From NCBI GenBank assembly GCA_038087875.1, contig JAXLNO010000446.1:62001-126000 (forward strand): a stretch of DNA of 64,000 bases. Reading direction: 5' to 3'. The DNA comes from Malacoraja senta. Its lineage: Eukaryota. Position 1 is the stretch's first letter; the number at the start of each line of letters is the position of its first letter. Of this stretch, positions 1 to 11,544 are shown piece by piece. A model generated the notes under the pieces. That model worked only from the letters and a program-made list of their open reading frames with translations, was not told the DNA's origin and did no database searches. The position numbers were made by a program, and so were the translations under genes.

Positions 1-302
1 TGCCCCCCACCCGCTGGCGGTGACTGACAAGGGGCACTCACACCCTCCTGTGCAGCAACAGAGGGAGGTGAACACTTCACCAGTGAGACTCGTTGTTCAG
101 CTTTATTGTCACGTGTACAGAGGTGCAGTGAAGAGCTTTGTTTTGCAATCTATCCAATCTGATCAGATAATACTACACATAAATACAATCAAGTTAAACT
201 CAAGTACAATAGTTTAGACAATAGACAATTGGTGCAGGAGTAGGCCATTCGGCCCTTCAAGCCAGCACCACCATTCAATGTGATCATGGCTTTAGTTTAA
301 TA

Positions 303-513
303 TAGACACAACATGCTGGAGTAATTCAGCGGGACAGGCAGCATCTCTGGAGAGAAGGAATGGGTGATGTTTCAGACTCAGTCTGAAGAAGGGTCACAAC
401 CTGAAACGTCACCCATTCTTTCTCTCCAGAGAAGCAGCCTGTCCCGCTGAGTTACTCCAGCATTTTGTGTCTATCTTTGGTGTAAACCAGCATCTGCAGT
501 TCATTCCGACACA
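303..513. mobile_element. Palindromic Penelope-like (pLTR-derived) insertion with hammerhead-type core
   Basis: Arms TGCTGGAGTAA..GGGACAGGC / GCCTGTCCCGCTGAGTTACTCCAGCA are inverted repeats; CTGAAGA-AGGGT..GAAACGTC at about 383-410. Confidence 0.6.
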
Positions 514-515
514 AT

Positions 516-1158
516 AGTTTAGTTTAGTTTAGTTTATTGTCACGTGTACCGAGGTACAGTGTAAAGGGCCTGTCCCACATGGCGATGTTTTCGGCGACTG
601 CCGGCGTCATATCAGTGTCGCCAAAAGATTTTGAACATTTCAATATCCAGCGGCAAATAAATAAAAATGTTGCAACACTTGAAAAACACCGCGCTTCATA
701 CGTCATCACGCTGAGTAACGCCGCAACACGCCGCAAATATTGAAGTGACCTGATATGTCAGTCAAAGAAGATGGCAGTCGCCGAAAAAATCACCAAGTGG
801 GACAGGCCCTTAAAGATTTTTGTTAAGTGCGATCGAGTCAAGGGAAAGACTATACATGATTACAATCGAGCCGTCCACAGTTGGTGGAGCAAAGGGGAAG
901 ATACAGAGTGTAGAATATAGTTCCCAGCATTGTAGCGCATCAGTTCCACAGACAAAGTCCAATGTCCGCAATGGGGTCGAGGAGAATCGGACAGTACCCT
1001 AGCTTATGGAAGGGCCGTTCAGAAGCCTGATAACAGAGGGGAAGAAGCTGTTCCAGAGTCTGGTGGTGCGAGCTTTCAAGCTTCTGTACCTTCTGCCGGA
1101 CGGGAGCGAGGAGAAGAAGGAATGACCGGGGTGGGACAAGTCTTTGATGATGTCGGCT
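516..1158 (-). mobile_element. Rex1/Babar-like LINE 3' fragment, interrupted by a MITE
   Basis: Minus strand reads Rex1-type C-terminal sequence (..PSGRRYRSLK..TTRLWNSFFPSVIRLLN); (TTTAG)n tail at the left end. Confidence 0.55.
565..810. mobile_element. PIF/Harbinger-like MITE, 246 bp
   Basis: TIR AGGGCCTGTCCCAC / GTGGGACAGGCCCT; TAA duplication at 562-564 and 811-813. Confidence 0.85.
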
Positions 1159-1751
1159 GAAAGCCTGTCTCACAAAATGACTGACTTAGGTGGCTGTCCT
1201 GTTCTGCAAAAACCGAGAAATAATTTGGAATAAGACAGTGTCTGGCATCAAAACCATGGGCTTGTGTTGGTGAAAGATTAGACTAGAAGGAATTTGACAT
1301 TAAACATTTCAGGTGCAAAAATATTGCAGCTTTGCAAAGTTGATAAATCTCTCCCGAACTGAAACCTTTGTCCTGTCATCTATACCCAACCCCCACGCCT
1401 CCCAACCAAGTCCCTTTGTTTTGACGGAACTCCTTTCTACCCGAGCCTTTACTCAAACCTATCTCTCTTACAGTTTTCTGTGTCATTTGCAGTTGGCCTC
1501 TAAGCAACAGAATTGTCACAGAGAACACCTGGAGTTGGGATCTGGCGTAGTTCTGATCGACAAACCTCCGTCTCACTCACAAACCAACGTGTCAACATCT
1601 TGTGTCAGCCTGGACCACTCGCCGGCTCAGGAATTCACTCTTTTGTTAGCTTTGTAAGTGAGAGAAGAAAAGAGAAATACATTCAAAGGCACACGTTGCT
1701 GACTGAGACCGCTACAAAAGTCAGCGTTAATCAGGTTTGCACTATCAGAAT

Positions 1752-2527
1752 TAGTTTTAGTTTTAGAGAAACAGGCCCTTCAGCAAACCGAGACCGCGCC
1801 AACCAGCGATCCCCGCACGCTAACACTACCCGACACAAACCAGGGACAATTTACACTTACACCAAGCCAATTAACCTACAAACCTGCACGTCTTTGGAGT
1901 GTGGGAGGAAACGGAAGATCCCGGAGAAAACCCACGCAGGTCAGGGGGAGAACGTACAAACTCCGTACAGACAGCACCCGTAGTCGGAAGCGAACCCGCG
2001 TCTCTGGCGCTGAAATCGCTGTAAAGGGCCTGTCCCACGGGCATGCGACTCCATGCGGCAAGCGCGACCTAACAGGAAGCAGGGGCCGCGCGGAGGTCGT
2101 GTGACGTCAAGACGGTGCGTAAGGCGGCGAGGCGGCGCGCACGACCTCGATGCGGCTGCGTCCAGCGTCAAGACGGTGCGTACGGCATAGAGACGGTGCG
2201 CACGGCCGTCGATGCAGCTGCGTCCGGCATCAAGACGGTGCGTACGGCGTCGAGGCGGTGCGCACGGCTGTTGATGCGGCTGCGGGCCGGCAGGCCTTTG
2301 TCGCGCGGAATTTTTGAACAGTGTCAGTTTTTTGGAGCCCCGCGCGATGTCGGGACCAGCTCCGCACAACTCCATACGGCTCCGGCGACCGAAGCGGGAC
2401 CGGCCCCACGACCTCCGCGCGGCCACCGCACGACCCCCGCTTGCGGTTAGGCCGCGCTTGCCGCATGGAGTCGCATGCCCGTGGGACAGGCCCTTAAGGC
2501 AGCGACTCTACCGCTGCGCCACCGTGC
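1752..2527 (-). mobile_element. HE1-like V-SINE split by a MITE
   Basis: Reverse complement has tRNA-derived head (CACGGTGGCGCAGCGGTAGAG, B box GGTTCGCTTCC), central domain GGGTGCTGTCTGTACGGAGTTTG, and CR1-like tail ending CTAAAACTAAAA. Confidence 0.8.
2025..2494. mobile_element. GC/CpG-rich PIF/Harbinger-like MITE, 470 bp
   Basis: About 50-bp TIR AGGGCCTGTCCCACGGGCATGCGACTCCATGCGGCAAGCGCG..; TAA TSD at 2022-2024 and 2495-2497; internal repeats of TCAAGACGGTGCGTA. Confidence 0.88.
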
Positions 2528-2790
2528 TGCAATTAGTGATCATAATCTCTGTGGCATTGAAGCCATGATGATGGCAGGCGGCCAGGTTAGAAACACATTC
2601 AACAGTTGCTCTTTACTGACATGAAGGCAGCTTTGCTCAAGTAATGAACAAGTGAAGAATATTCTTATGATCGTAGAGTGATCGAGTTGTACAGCACGCA
2701 AACAGGCCCTCCTCGCAGACCAAGATGTCCCATTCACACGTCCCAGCTGCCCACGTTTGGCCCATATCCCTCTAAACTTGTCCTATTCTT

Positions 2791-3530
2791 GCTATTGAGG
2801 GGAGCGTAGGTTTACAAGGTTAAGTCCCGGGATGGCGGGACTGTCATATGTTGATAGAATGGAGCGGCTGGGCTTGTATGCTTTGGAATTTAGAAGAATG
2901 AGAGGGGATCTTATGGAAACATTTAAGATTATTAAGGGTTTGGACACGCTAGAGGCATGAAACATGTTCCTGATGGTACACAAAAATGCTGGTGAAACTC
3001 AGTGGGTGCAGCAGCATCTATGGAGCGAAGGAAATAGGCAACGTTTCGGGCCGAAACCCTTCTTCAGACTGAAGAAGGGTTTTGCCCCGAAACGTTGCCT
3101 ATTTCCTTCGCTCCATAGATGCTGCTGCACCCGCTGAGTTTCTCCAGCATTTTTGTGTACCTTCGATTTTCCAGCATCTGCAGTTCCTTCTTTAACAACA
3201 CGTTCCCGATGTTGGGGGAGTCCAGAACCAGGGGCTACAGTTTAAGAATAAGGAGTAAGCCATTTAGAACGATGATGAGGAAACACTTTTTCTCACAGAG
3301 AGTTGTGAGTCTGTGGAATTCTCTGCCTCAGAGGGCGGTGGAGGCCGGTTCTCTGGATACTTTCAAGAGAGAGTTAGATAGGGCTCTTAAAGATAGCGGA
3401 GTCAGGGGATATGGGGAGAAGGCAGGAACGGGGTACTGATTGGGGAAGATCAGCCATGATCACATTGAATGGCGGTGCTGGCTCGAAGGGCTGAATGGCC
3501 TACTCCTGCACCTATTGTCTATTGTCTATC
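2791..3530 (+). mobile_element. CR1 LINE 3' fragment with (ATTGTCT)n tail
   Basis: Encodes CR1 ORF2 C-terminus (FFSQRVVSLWNSLPQ..FKRELD..GYGEKAGTGY), followed by the 3' UTR; interrupted at 2976-3195. Confidence 0.85.
2976..3195. mobile_element. Palindromic Penelope-derived insertion with two back-to-back hammerhead cores
   Basis: Inverted repeat centred at about 3068; CTGAAGA-A-stem-GAAACGTT on both strands; flanked by a duplicated AACAYGTTCCYGATG. Confidence 0.65.
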
Positions 3531-4590
3531 CATGTACCTGTCCATGTGTCTTTTAAACGTTGCGATAGTTCCTGTCTCAGCTATCTGCTCTGGCAGTTCA
3601 TTCCATATTCACACCATGCTCTGAGTGAAAAAGTTGCCCCTCAGGTTCCTATTAAATCTTTCCCCTCTTACCTTAAACTAATGTCCTCTGGTTCTCGACT
3701 CCCCTACCCTGGGTGAATGACTCTGTGTATTTACCCAATGTATTCCCCTCATGATTTTCACACTTCCATTGCCAGCACATCATTGAAAAAAATGTTTTTT
3801 TTGTATCAAAAATAATTGATTGAATTACAGATGACGATACAAAACCAAACCCTGGCAGCAAACCCACCACCAGTGTACAACATCACCAAATGATCTAGAC
3901 ACTACATTTTCAAACAATTACATTACAACCCTTACAAATCTACTAAATAACTACTCTACAACCATGTCCCTCTCTAACACCACCCGGGCACGGACATAAC
4001 CCCGGAAAAGAGGCAAGAATCTTGCTCGGGCAAAGCCATTCACCCAATACATTGGGTAAATACACAGAGTCATTCACCCAGGGTAGGGGAGTCGAGAACC
4101 AGAGGACATTAGTTTAAGGTAAGAGGGGAAAGATTTAATAGGAACCTGAGGGGCAACTTTTTCACTCAGAGCATGGTGCGAATATGGAATGAACTGCCAG
4201 AGCAGATAGCTGAGACAGGAACTATCGCAATGTTTAAAAGACACATGGACAGGTACATGGATAGACAATAGACAATAGGTGCAGGAGTAGGCCATTCAGC
4301 CCTTCGAGCCAGCACCGCCATTCAATGTGATCATGGCTGATCATACCCAATCAGTACCCCGTTCCTGCCTTCTCTCCATATCCCCTGACTCCGCTATCTT
4401 TAAGAGCCCTATCTAGCTCTCTCTTGAAAGTATCCAGAGAACCGGCCTCCACAGCCCTCTGAGGCAGAGAATTCCTCAGACTGACAACTCTCTGTGAGAA
4501 AAAGTGTTTCCTCGTCTCCGTTCTAAATGGCTTACTCCTTATTCTTAAACTGTGGCCCCTGGTTCAGGACTCCCCCCACATCGGGAACAT
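3200..4590. repeat. Local inverted duplication (arms about 3200-3744 and 4046-4590)
   Basis: ORFs 3495-3716(+) and 4074-4295(-) differ at 1 of 73 residues and share the same junction between two different CR1 fragments. Confidence 0.85.
3785..4038 (-). mobile_element. L1/Tx1-like LINE 3' fragment
   Basis: Minus strand translates ..FLPLFRGYVRARVVLERD, a motif I recognise from Tx1-clade ORF2 C-termini, followed by a GT-rich 3' UTR and an A-rich end. Confidence 0.6.
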
Positions 4591-4911
4591 GTTTCCTGCC
4601 TCTAACGTGTCCAAACTCTTAATAATATTATATGTTTCAATAAGATCCCCTCTCATCCTTCTAGACTCCAGAGTGTACAAGCCCAGCTGCTCCATTCTCC
4701 CATCCCGGGAATGAACAGGAGCCCTGCCATTCACTGTGAAGGTCCTGCCCTGCTTCCCTTTATATTTCCTGAAGGTGACAGGTAACTGAAGTGAAACTCT
4801 GTGTGGAAGCATTAACGGTTCACAGAGGGATTGAACACCTATGATGATGTCAGGTTAGACTCCAGGTGTTAATACCTGTGGACTTGTTGAGCTGATACCA
4901 GGATGCAGTTG

Positions 4912-5041
4912 TTTAAGAGGGAACTGCAGATGCTGGAAAATGGAAGGTAGACAAAAATGCTGGAGAAACTCAGCGGGTGAGGCAGCATCTATGGAGCGAA
5001 GGAATTAGGCAACGTTTCTGGTCGAGACCCTTCTTCAGACC
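4912..5041 (-). mobile_element. Penelope-derived short insertion
   Basis: 10-bp TSD GATGCAGTTG at 4902-4911 and 5042-5051; hammerhead-type core on the minus strand at about 5008-5040. Confidence 0.65.
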
Positions 5042-5511
5042 GATGCAGTTGGATCTTTTTAAGGAAATATTTTAATTTTTACCTTGCGCAGAAAAAAGAG
5101 CACAGGTTACAGTTTGTGTTGTTTGTTTGTTGATGTTATTCATCTCATGATTAGAACACAGCCAGTACCTGGTTGTCCTATTTTAGGTTCATGTGGGGTA
5201 GCTGGATAACTCTGACCATATCCAGTCGCTCTGAATTAGCTGCGTTCTACCACGATTGGTATTTTTCTGTTAATAATTCAGCTATTTGGCAGCATTTGTA
5301 TTTGTGATGTAAGAGATGTAACTGAGCACAGATTGCCAGACAAAGATTTACTTCTGCTATGTTAATTATTGTTCAGTATTGTTCATGTTGTGCTGGGGTT
5401 GGTTTGTGTACAAGTGATCTTCAACACTCTGGAGGTGATGAATTGTAACTAATGCTTGGTGCTCACTTGTGACCTGAATGGTTGTATTATCTTTCCATTT
5501 ACTTTACTTTA

Positions 5512-6187
5512 TTTAGACTTTAGAGATACAGCGCGGAAACTGGCCCTTCTGCCCATCGAGTCCAGGCCGACCAGCGATCACCCCGTACATTAGCACTATG
5601 CTACACATTGGGGACAATTTACAGAAGCCAATTAACCTCCAAACCTGTACGTCTTTGGAGTAGATCTTATTGAAACTTACCGAATAGTGCAAGGCCTGGA
5701 TAGAGTGGATGTGGAGAGGATGTTTCTACTAGTGGGAGAGTCTAGGATCAGAGGTCGTAGACTCAGAATTAAAGGACTTCCTTTTGGAAGGAGATGAGGA
5801 GGAATTTATTTCATCAGAGGGTGGTGAATCTGTGGAATTCTTTGCCACAGACGGCTGTGGAGGCCAAGTCAATGGATATTTTTAAGGCAGAGATTGACAG
5901 ATTCTAGATTAGTATGGGTGTCAGGGGTTTTGGTGAGAAGGCAGGAGAATGGGGTTGAGAGAAATAGATAGATCAGCCATGTTTGAATGGTGAAGTAGAC
6001 TTGATGGACCAAATGGCTTAAATCTGCTCCTAGAACGCATGAGTGTGGGAGAAAACCGGAGCACCTGGAGAAAACCCACGCTGTCACGGGGAGAATGTAC
6101 AAACTCCGTACAGACAGCACCCGTAGTCAGGATTGAACCCGGGTCTCTGGTGCTGTGAGGCAGCAACTCCACCGCTGTCCCACCGTG
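5512..6187 (-). mobile_element. HE1-like SINE interrupted by a CR1 3' fragment (about 5662-6037, +)
   Basis: SINE halves are contiguous across the insert (..TTTGGAGT | GAGTGTGGGAG..); the insert has CR1 C-terminal and 3' UTR sequence. Confidence 0.75.
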
Positions 6188-6549
6188 CTGGCCTGGTCTG
6201 CTGGGGTTTGTGTAAGTCAAGTTCAAGACTCTGGAGGTGGTGAATTGTGATTTAGATTTAGCAGCTGCTTGTGACCTGAGCGATCAGTTGTCTTTCTGCA
6301 GGGCGTCAGTTCACAGTTTAATTACCTGTGCTCAGTAGGTTCTGGATTTGTTGATTTTAATTTTATGAATCTGGGCTGCAAAGCTTTTACAGAACAAATG
6401 CAGCATTTTAGCACCTTTTTACTGAGAAAGAATAGAACACATATTTTTCCTGCGTAAATCATAGACTTACAACTTTTTCACAAACCACTTGCACTTGGTC
6501 CATCAAGGCCTGTGTCTCCAGCTCTCTGCCCCCTGCTCCATCAGTCAGA

Positions 6550-6930
6550 AGTAAGTAAGTAAGTTTATTGGCCAAGTATTCACATACAAGGAATTTGCCT
6601 TGGTGCTCCGCCCACAAGTAACAACATGACATACAGTGACAGTTACGAATGACTCAGAAAACACTAAACATTAATAATAATAAAACATTAATGATAAAAC
6701 ACCATTGATCAAGCATGTGAACCAACAAAATACCAGATCAAAGGGAGGCTACAGATTTTTGACTGTTGAGTAGAGCAACTACTCGTGGATAAAAACTGTT
6801 TTTATGTCTGGCTGTGGCAGCTTTGACAGTCCGGAGTTGCCTTCCAGAGGGAAGTGATTCAAAGAGTTTGTGGCCAGGGTGAGAGGGGTCAGAGATGATC
6901 TTGCCCGCTCGCTTCCTGGCCCTTGCAGGG
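6550..6930 (-). mobile_element. Rex1-like LINE 3' fragment
   Basis: ORF 6738-6944: IISDPSHPGHKLFESLPSGRQLR..RHKNSFYP; ends in AATAAA plus (CTTA)n on the minus strand. Confidence 0.7.
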
Positions 6931-7569
6931 TGCTGACCCAACATACCATCTGTCCAATGTCTCCACAGATGCTGCCTGACCTGCAGAGTTCCTCCAGCAC
7001 TTGGTGTTTTGCTCTAGATTCTGCAGATCCTTGTGTCGTGATTTTTGTCCTTGTGCTGTCATGAGTACGGCTGCAAACTGAATATTTGTTCATGATTTAA
7101 TGGCATGCTTGTTAGGCCTTCTCTTCCATTTACAAATTCCAAGTGTGATCTTTCACTTTCATGTCGTCTATTACTTTTAATGTGTTCATAGTTCCAAAAT
7201 CTCTTCTTGCTGCTGGGTTTTGGCCAAATCAATGGATATTTTTAAGGCGGAGATAGATTTTTGATTAGTACGGGTGTCAGGGGTTACGGGGAGAAGGCAG
7301 GAGAATGGGGTTAGGAGGGAGAGATAGATTAGCCATGATTGAATGGCGGAATAGACTTGATGGGCTGAATGGCCTTATTCTGCTCCTATCACTTATGAAT
7401 ATAGAACAATATGGGAACAGGCACTGGCCCTCACAATTTGTGCCGAACATGATGGCTGATCCCATTGGTCTGTACATGATCCACATCCCTCTATTCCCTG
7501 CACTTCCATGCTCTGATCAAAAAGCTGTTCTTGAACCTGGTCACGCTTTTCATGCCCCTGTTTTCATGT

Positions 7570-8246
7570 CTATGAAAGTAAGCTTGCAGTTACATGAAGA
7601 AAGCCAATGGCATGTTGGCCTTTATAACAAGAGGAGTCGAGTATAGGAGCATAGAGGTACTTCTGCAGTTTTACAGGGCCCTAGTGAGACCACACCTGGA
7701 GTATTGTGTGCAGTTTTGGTCTCCAAATTTTAGGAAGGACATTCTTGCTATTGAGGGAGCCCAGCGTAGGTTTACAAGGTTAATTCCTGGGATGGCGGGA
7801 CTGTCATGCGTTGATAGAATGGAGCAGCTGGGCTTGTACACTCTGGAATTTAGAAGGATGAGAGGGGATCTTATTGAAACATATAAGATTATTAAGGGTT
7901 TGGGCACGGTAGAGGCAGGAAACATGTTCCCGATGTTGGGGGAGTCCAGAACCAGGGGCCACAGTTTAAGAATAAGGGGTAAGCCATTTAGAACGGAGAC
8001 GAGAAAACACTTTTTCACACAGAGAGTTGTGAGTCTGAGGAATTCTCTGCCTCAGAGGGCGGTGGAGGCCGGTTCTCTGGATGCTTTCAAGAGAGAGTTA
8101 GATAGGGCTCTTAAAGATAGCGGAGTCAGGGGATATGGGGAGAAGGCAGGAACGGGGTACTGATCAGCCATGATCACATTGAATGGTGGTGCTGGCTTGA
8201 AGGGCCGAATGGCCTAATCCTGCATCTTTTGTCTATTGTCTATTGT
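7570..8246 (+). mobile_element. CR1 LINE 3' fragment
   Basis: ORF 7594-8163: KKANGMLAFI..LVRPHLEYCVQFWSP..RGDLIETYKI..WNSLP-like motifs. Confidence 0.88.
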
Positions 8247-8594
8247 ACATTCATCTTGATGGTAGCAGCGAGATAAGAGTGTGGCCAGGGTGGTGTGGAT
8301 CTCTGAAGATGCTGGCTGCCTTGTTGAGATAGTTTGATAGTTTAATTTTATTGTCACATGTGCCGAGGTATAGTGATACGTTTTGTTGCGTGCTGATCAG
8401 TCAGTGGAGCAGACAATACATGGTTGCAATCGAGCCATTCACAGTGTGCAGAGAGATTTAAAAGTATAGAGCGATTGTAGTGTGTGACTGCAGATCTGCT
8501 TCAGTGACTTGCACACAAATAGTCTCCTGAGTTACTCCAGCTTTGTCTGTCTATCTTCAGTTTAAATCAGCATCTGCAGTTCCTTCTTACACAA

Positions 8595-9778
8595 GTTGGT
8601 TCCTTGAAGGTCGAGTCGCAGGTGGATAAGGTGGTCAAAAAGGCATTTGGCACTTTGGCCTTCATCAGTCAGAGTATTGAGGTCATGTTGCAGTTGTATA
8701 AGACGTTGGTGAGACTGCATTTAGAATATTGTAGGTAGACAAAAGTGCTGGAGAAACTCAGCGGGTGCAGCAGCATCTATGGAGCGAAGGAAATTGGCAA
8801 CGTTTCGGGCCGAAACCCTTCTTCAGATTTTAGAATATTGTGTTCAGTTCTGGGCATCGTGTTATAGGAAAGATATTGTCAAGCTTGAAAGGGTTCAGAA
8901 AAGATTTATGAGGATGTTGCCTGGACTAGAGGGTGTGAGCTATAGGGAGAGGTTGAGTAGGCTGGGTCTCTATTCCATGGAGCGCAGGAGGATGAGGGGA
9001 GATCTTATAGAGGTTTACAAAATCATGAGAGGAATAGATCGGGAAGATGCACAGTGTCTCTTGCCCAGAGTAGGGGAATCGAGGACCAGATGACATAGGT
9101 TTAAGGTGAAGGGGAAAAGATTTAATAGGAATCTGAGGTGTAACTTTTTCACACAAAGGGCGGTGGGCGTATGGAACAAGCTGCCAGAGGAGGTAGTTGA
9201 GGCTGGGACTATCCCATAGTTCAAAAAACAGTTAGACAGGTACATGGATTGGACAGGTTTGGAGGGATATTGACCAAGCGCAGGCAGGTGGGACTAGTGT
9301 AGCTGGGACATTGTTGGCCGGTGTGGGCAAGTTGGGCGGAAGGGCCTGTTTCCACACTGTATCACTCTGTGACTAGTGTAGTTGGGACATTGTTGGCCGG
9401 TGTGGACAAGTTGAGCGGAAGGGCCTGTTTCCACACTATATCACTCTGTGACTAGAGTAGCTGGGACATTGTTGGCTGGTGTGGGCAAGTTGGGCGGAAG
9501 GGCCTGTTTCCACACTGTATCAGTCTGTGACTAGTGTAGCCGGGACATTGTTGGCTGGTGTGGGCAAGTTGGGCGGAAGGGCCTGTTTCCACACTGTATC
9601 ACTCTGTGACTAGTGTAGTTGGGACATTGTTGGCCGGTGTGGACAAGTTGAGCGGAAGGGCCTGTTTCCACACTGTATCACTCTGTGACTAGTGTAGTTG
9701 GGACATTGTTGGCTGGTGTGGGCAAGTTGGGCGGAAGGGCCTGTTTCCACACTGTGTCACTCTGTGACTCTCTATGAT
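8595..9778 (+). mobile_element. CR1 LINE 3' fragment with tandemly amplified 3' UTR and a Penelope-derived insert (8733-8828)
   Basis: LEYCVQFW..LERVQKRF..RGDLIEVYKI; the insert is flanked by a TTAGAATATTGT duplication. Confidence 0.8.
9292..9770 (+). repeat. 79-bp minisatellite, 6 copies, derived from the CR1 3' UTR
   Basis: Unit GACTAGTGTAGCTGGGACATTGTTGGCCGG..CCACACTGTATCACTCTGT starts at 9292, 9371, 9450, 9529, 9608 and 9687. Confidence 0.92.
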
Positions 9779-10430
9779 TAGAGCATCCTGGGTTGACTTT
9801 GTTGATGTTGGCTTTCCACAGATGCTGCCTGACCTGCCGAGTGTTTCCAGCATTCCTCGTTCCTCTCACCTTCGACCCCGTCCCCCCATGCTGGTGGCCT
9901 GGTTTGAGCCTGCCCTCGTTGTGTTTGAGTGCTAAGTAGATGACAGAATGAAGTTGAGGCCTGCAGAGGTCAGAACACCTCATCTGGTCTAAATCCCCCT
10001 TTATGGGTTGAAACGTAATATTTAAAAGATGTGACCCTTTCCTGGTGGTTTACAACACAGCTCTCTGTGAAGTAGCGGAGAAAACAGGGCGGAGAATTGT
10101 AAAGCTGTTAGGGCAGAGAGAGAGGTGATTTGGTGCAGTAGTCGGTGCCTGCCGGCACAGGGCCGAACCAAAGCAGCCGCTCGTGGCCAGGAAGCTTCTG
10201 CAATGTCAGTGTCACGAGCACGAGTTGAAAAACACAGATCCGTCGCACTTTGTTTGTCAATGGAAGGTGCGGACAAAGTCTCCTGTGTTCTCTCCCCACG
10301 CTCCTGTCTCAGAGTTTATACACTTGATCCGCACACAACCGTGTTTTCCATGACATCTACAACTTGGATCATCTTTGTACCGTATTGCACTACGGACTTC
10401 CGTATTGCAATGTCATGGCTTCTGAGTATT

Positions 10431-10928
10431 ACAATAGACAATAGGTGCAGGAGTAGGCCATGCGGCCCTTCGAGCCAGCACCGCCATTCAATGTGATCAT
10501 GGCTGATCATCCCCAATCAGTACCCCGTTCCTGCCTTCTCCCCATATCCCTTGACTCCACTATCTTTAAGAGCCCTATCTAGCTCTCTCTTGAAAGCATC
10601 CAGAGAACCGGCCTCCACCTCCCTCTGAGGCAGAGAATTCCACAGACTCACAACTCTCTGGGTGAAAATGTTTTTCCTCGTCTCCGTTCTAAATGGCTTA
10701 CCCCTTATTCTTAAACTGTGGCCCCTGGTTCTGGACTCCCCCGACATCGGGAACATGTTTCCTGCCTCTAGCGTGTCCAATCCCTTAATAATATTATATG
10801 TTTCAATAAGATCCCCTCTAATCCTTCTAAATTCCAGAGTGTACAAGCCCAGCCGCTCCATTCTATCAACATTTGACAGTCCCGCCATCCCGGGAATTAA
10901 CCTGGTGAACCCACGCTGCACTCCAATA
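10431..10928 (-). mobile_element. CR1 LINE 3' fragment
   Basis: ORF 10517-10969 carries CR1 C-terminal motifs and an (ATTGTCT) tail. Confidence 0.85.
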
Positions 10929-11224
10929 GTTACAGTTACTAATTTATTAATTGTAGTATTCATTATCAAGGGTCAAAAGCCAAGAGTCAAGAGTGTTTTA
11001 TTGTCCTATGTCCCAGATAGAACAATTAAATTCTTACTTGCAGCGACACAACACAATATGTAACACAACAGAATTATCAGTGTATTATTGTACTAGCTCG
11101 AAGGGCCGATTGGCCTACTCCTGCTCCTATTGTCTATAATAGGCCTCTTGTGCTGCAGCAAGTAACAATGTCAGTGTTCCTCTGTGGTTACATCCCACAA
11201 TTAAATACTCTTGACTCTAGATTT

Positions 11225-11502
11225 TGTTTACTAGTTTAGAAATAGCCAGCCCCCACCGGCCAGCAATCCGCGTACACCAGCACTATCCTACACACTTGGG
11301 ACAATTTACAATCTTTACCGAAGCCAATTAATCTAGAAACCTGCACGCCTTTGGAGTGCGGGAGGAAACCGAATCTCCTGGAGAAAACCCACGCAGGTCA
11401 CGGGGAGAAGGTATCAAACTCCGTACAGACAGCACCCGTAGTCAGGATGGAACCCGGGTCTCTGGCGCTGTGACGCAGCAACTCTACCTCTGCACCACCG
11501 TG
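11225..11502 (-). mobile_element. HE1-like SINE
   Basis: Same head and central domain as the other copies, on the reverse strand. Confidence 0.75.
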
Positions 11503-11544
11503 ACGCCCTTTGTTGTAATGAAGATGAGGTTCTGCCAACTGCCC

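Noticed and set aside
1876..2568. Overlapping Arg/Ala-rich ORFs (also at 30248-30974)
   Set aside because: Expected from stop-poor GC-rich repeat interiors; no domain is recognisable.
4841..4895. ATGATGA..CTGA as a C/D box snoRNA
   Set aside because: Only about 55 nt, with no terminal stem or clear C'/D' boxes.
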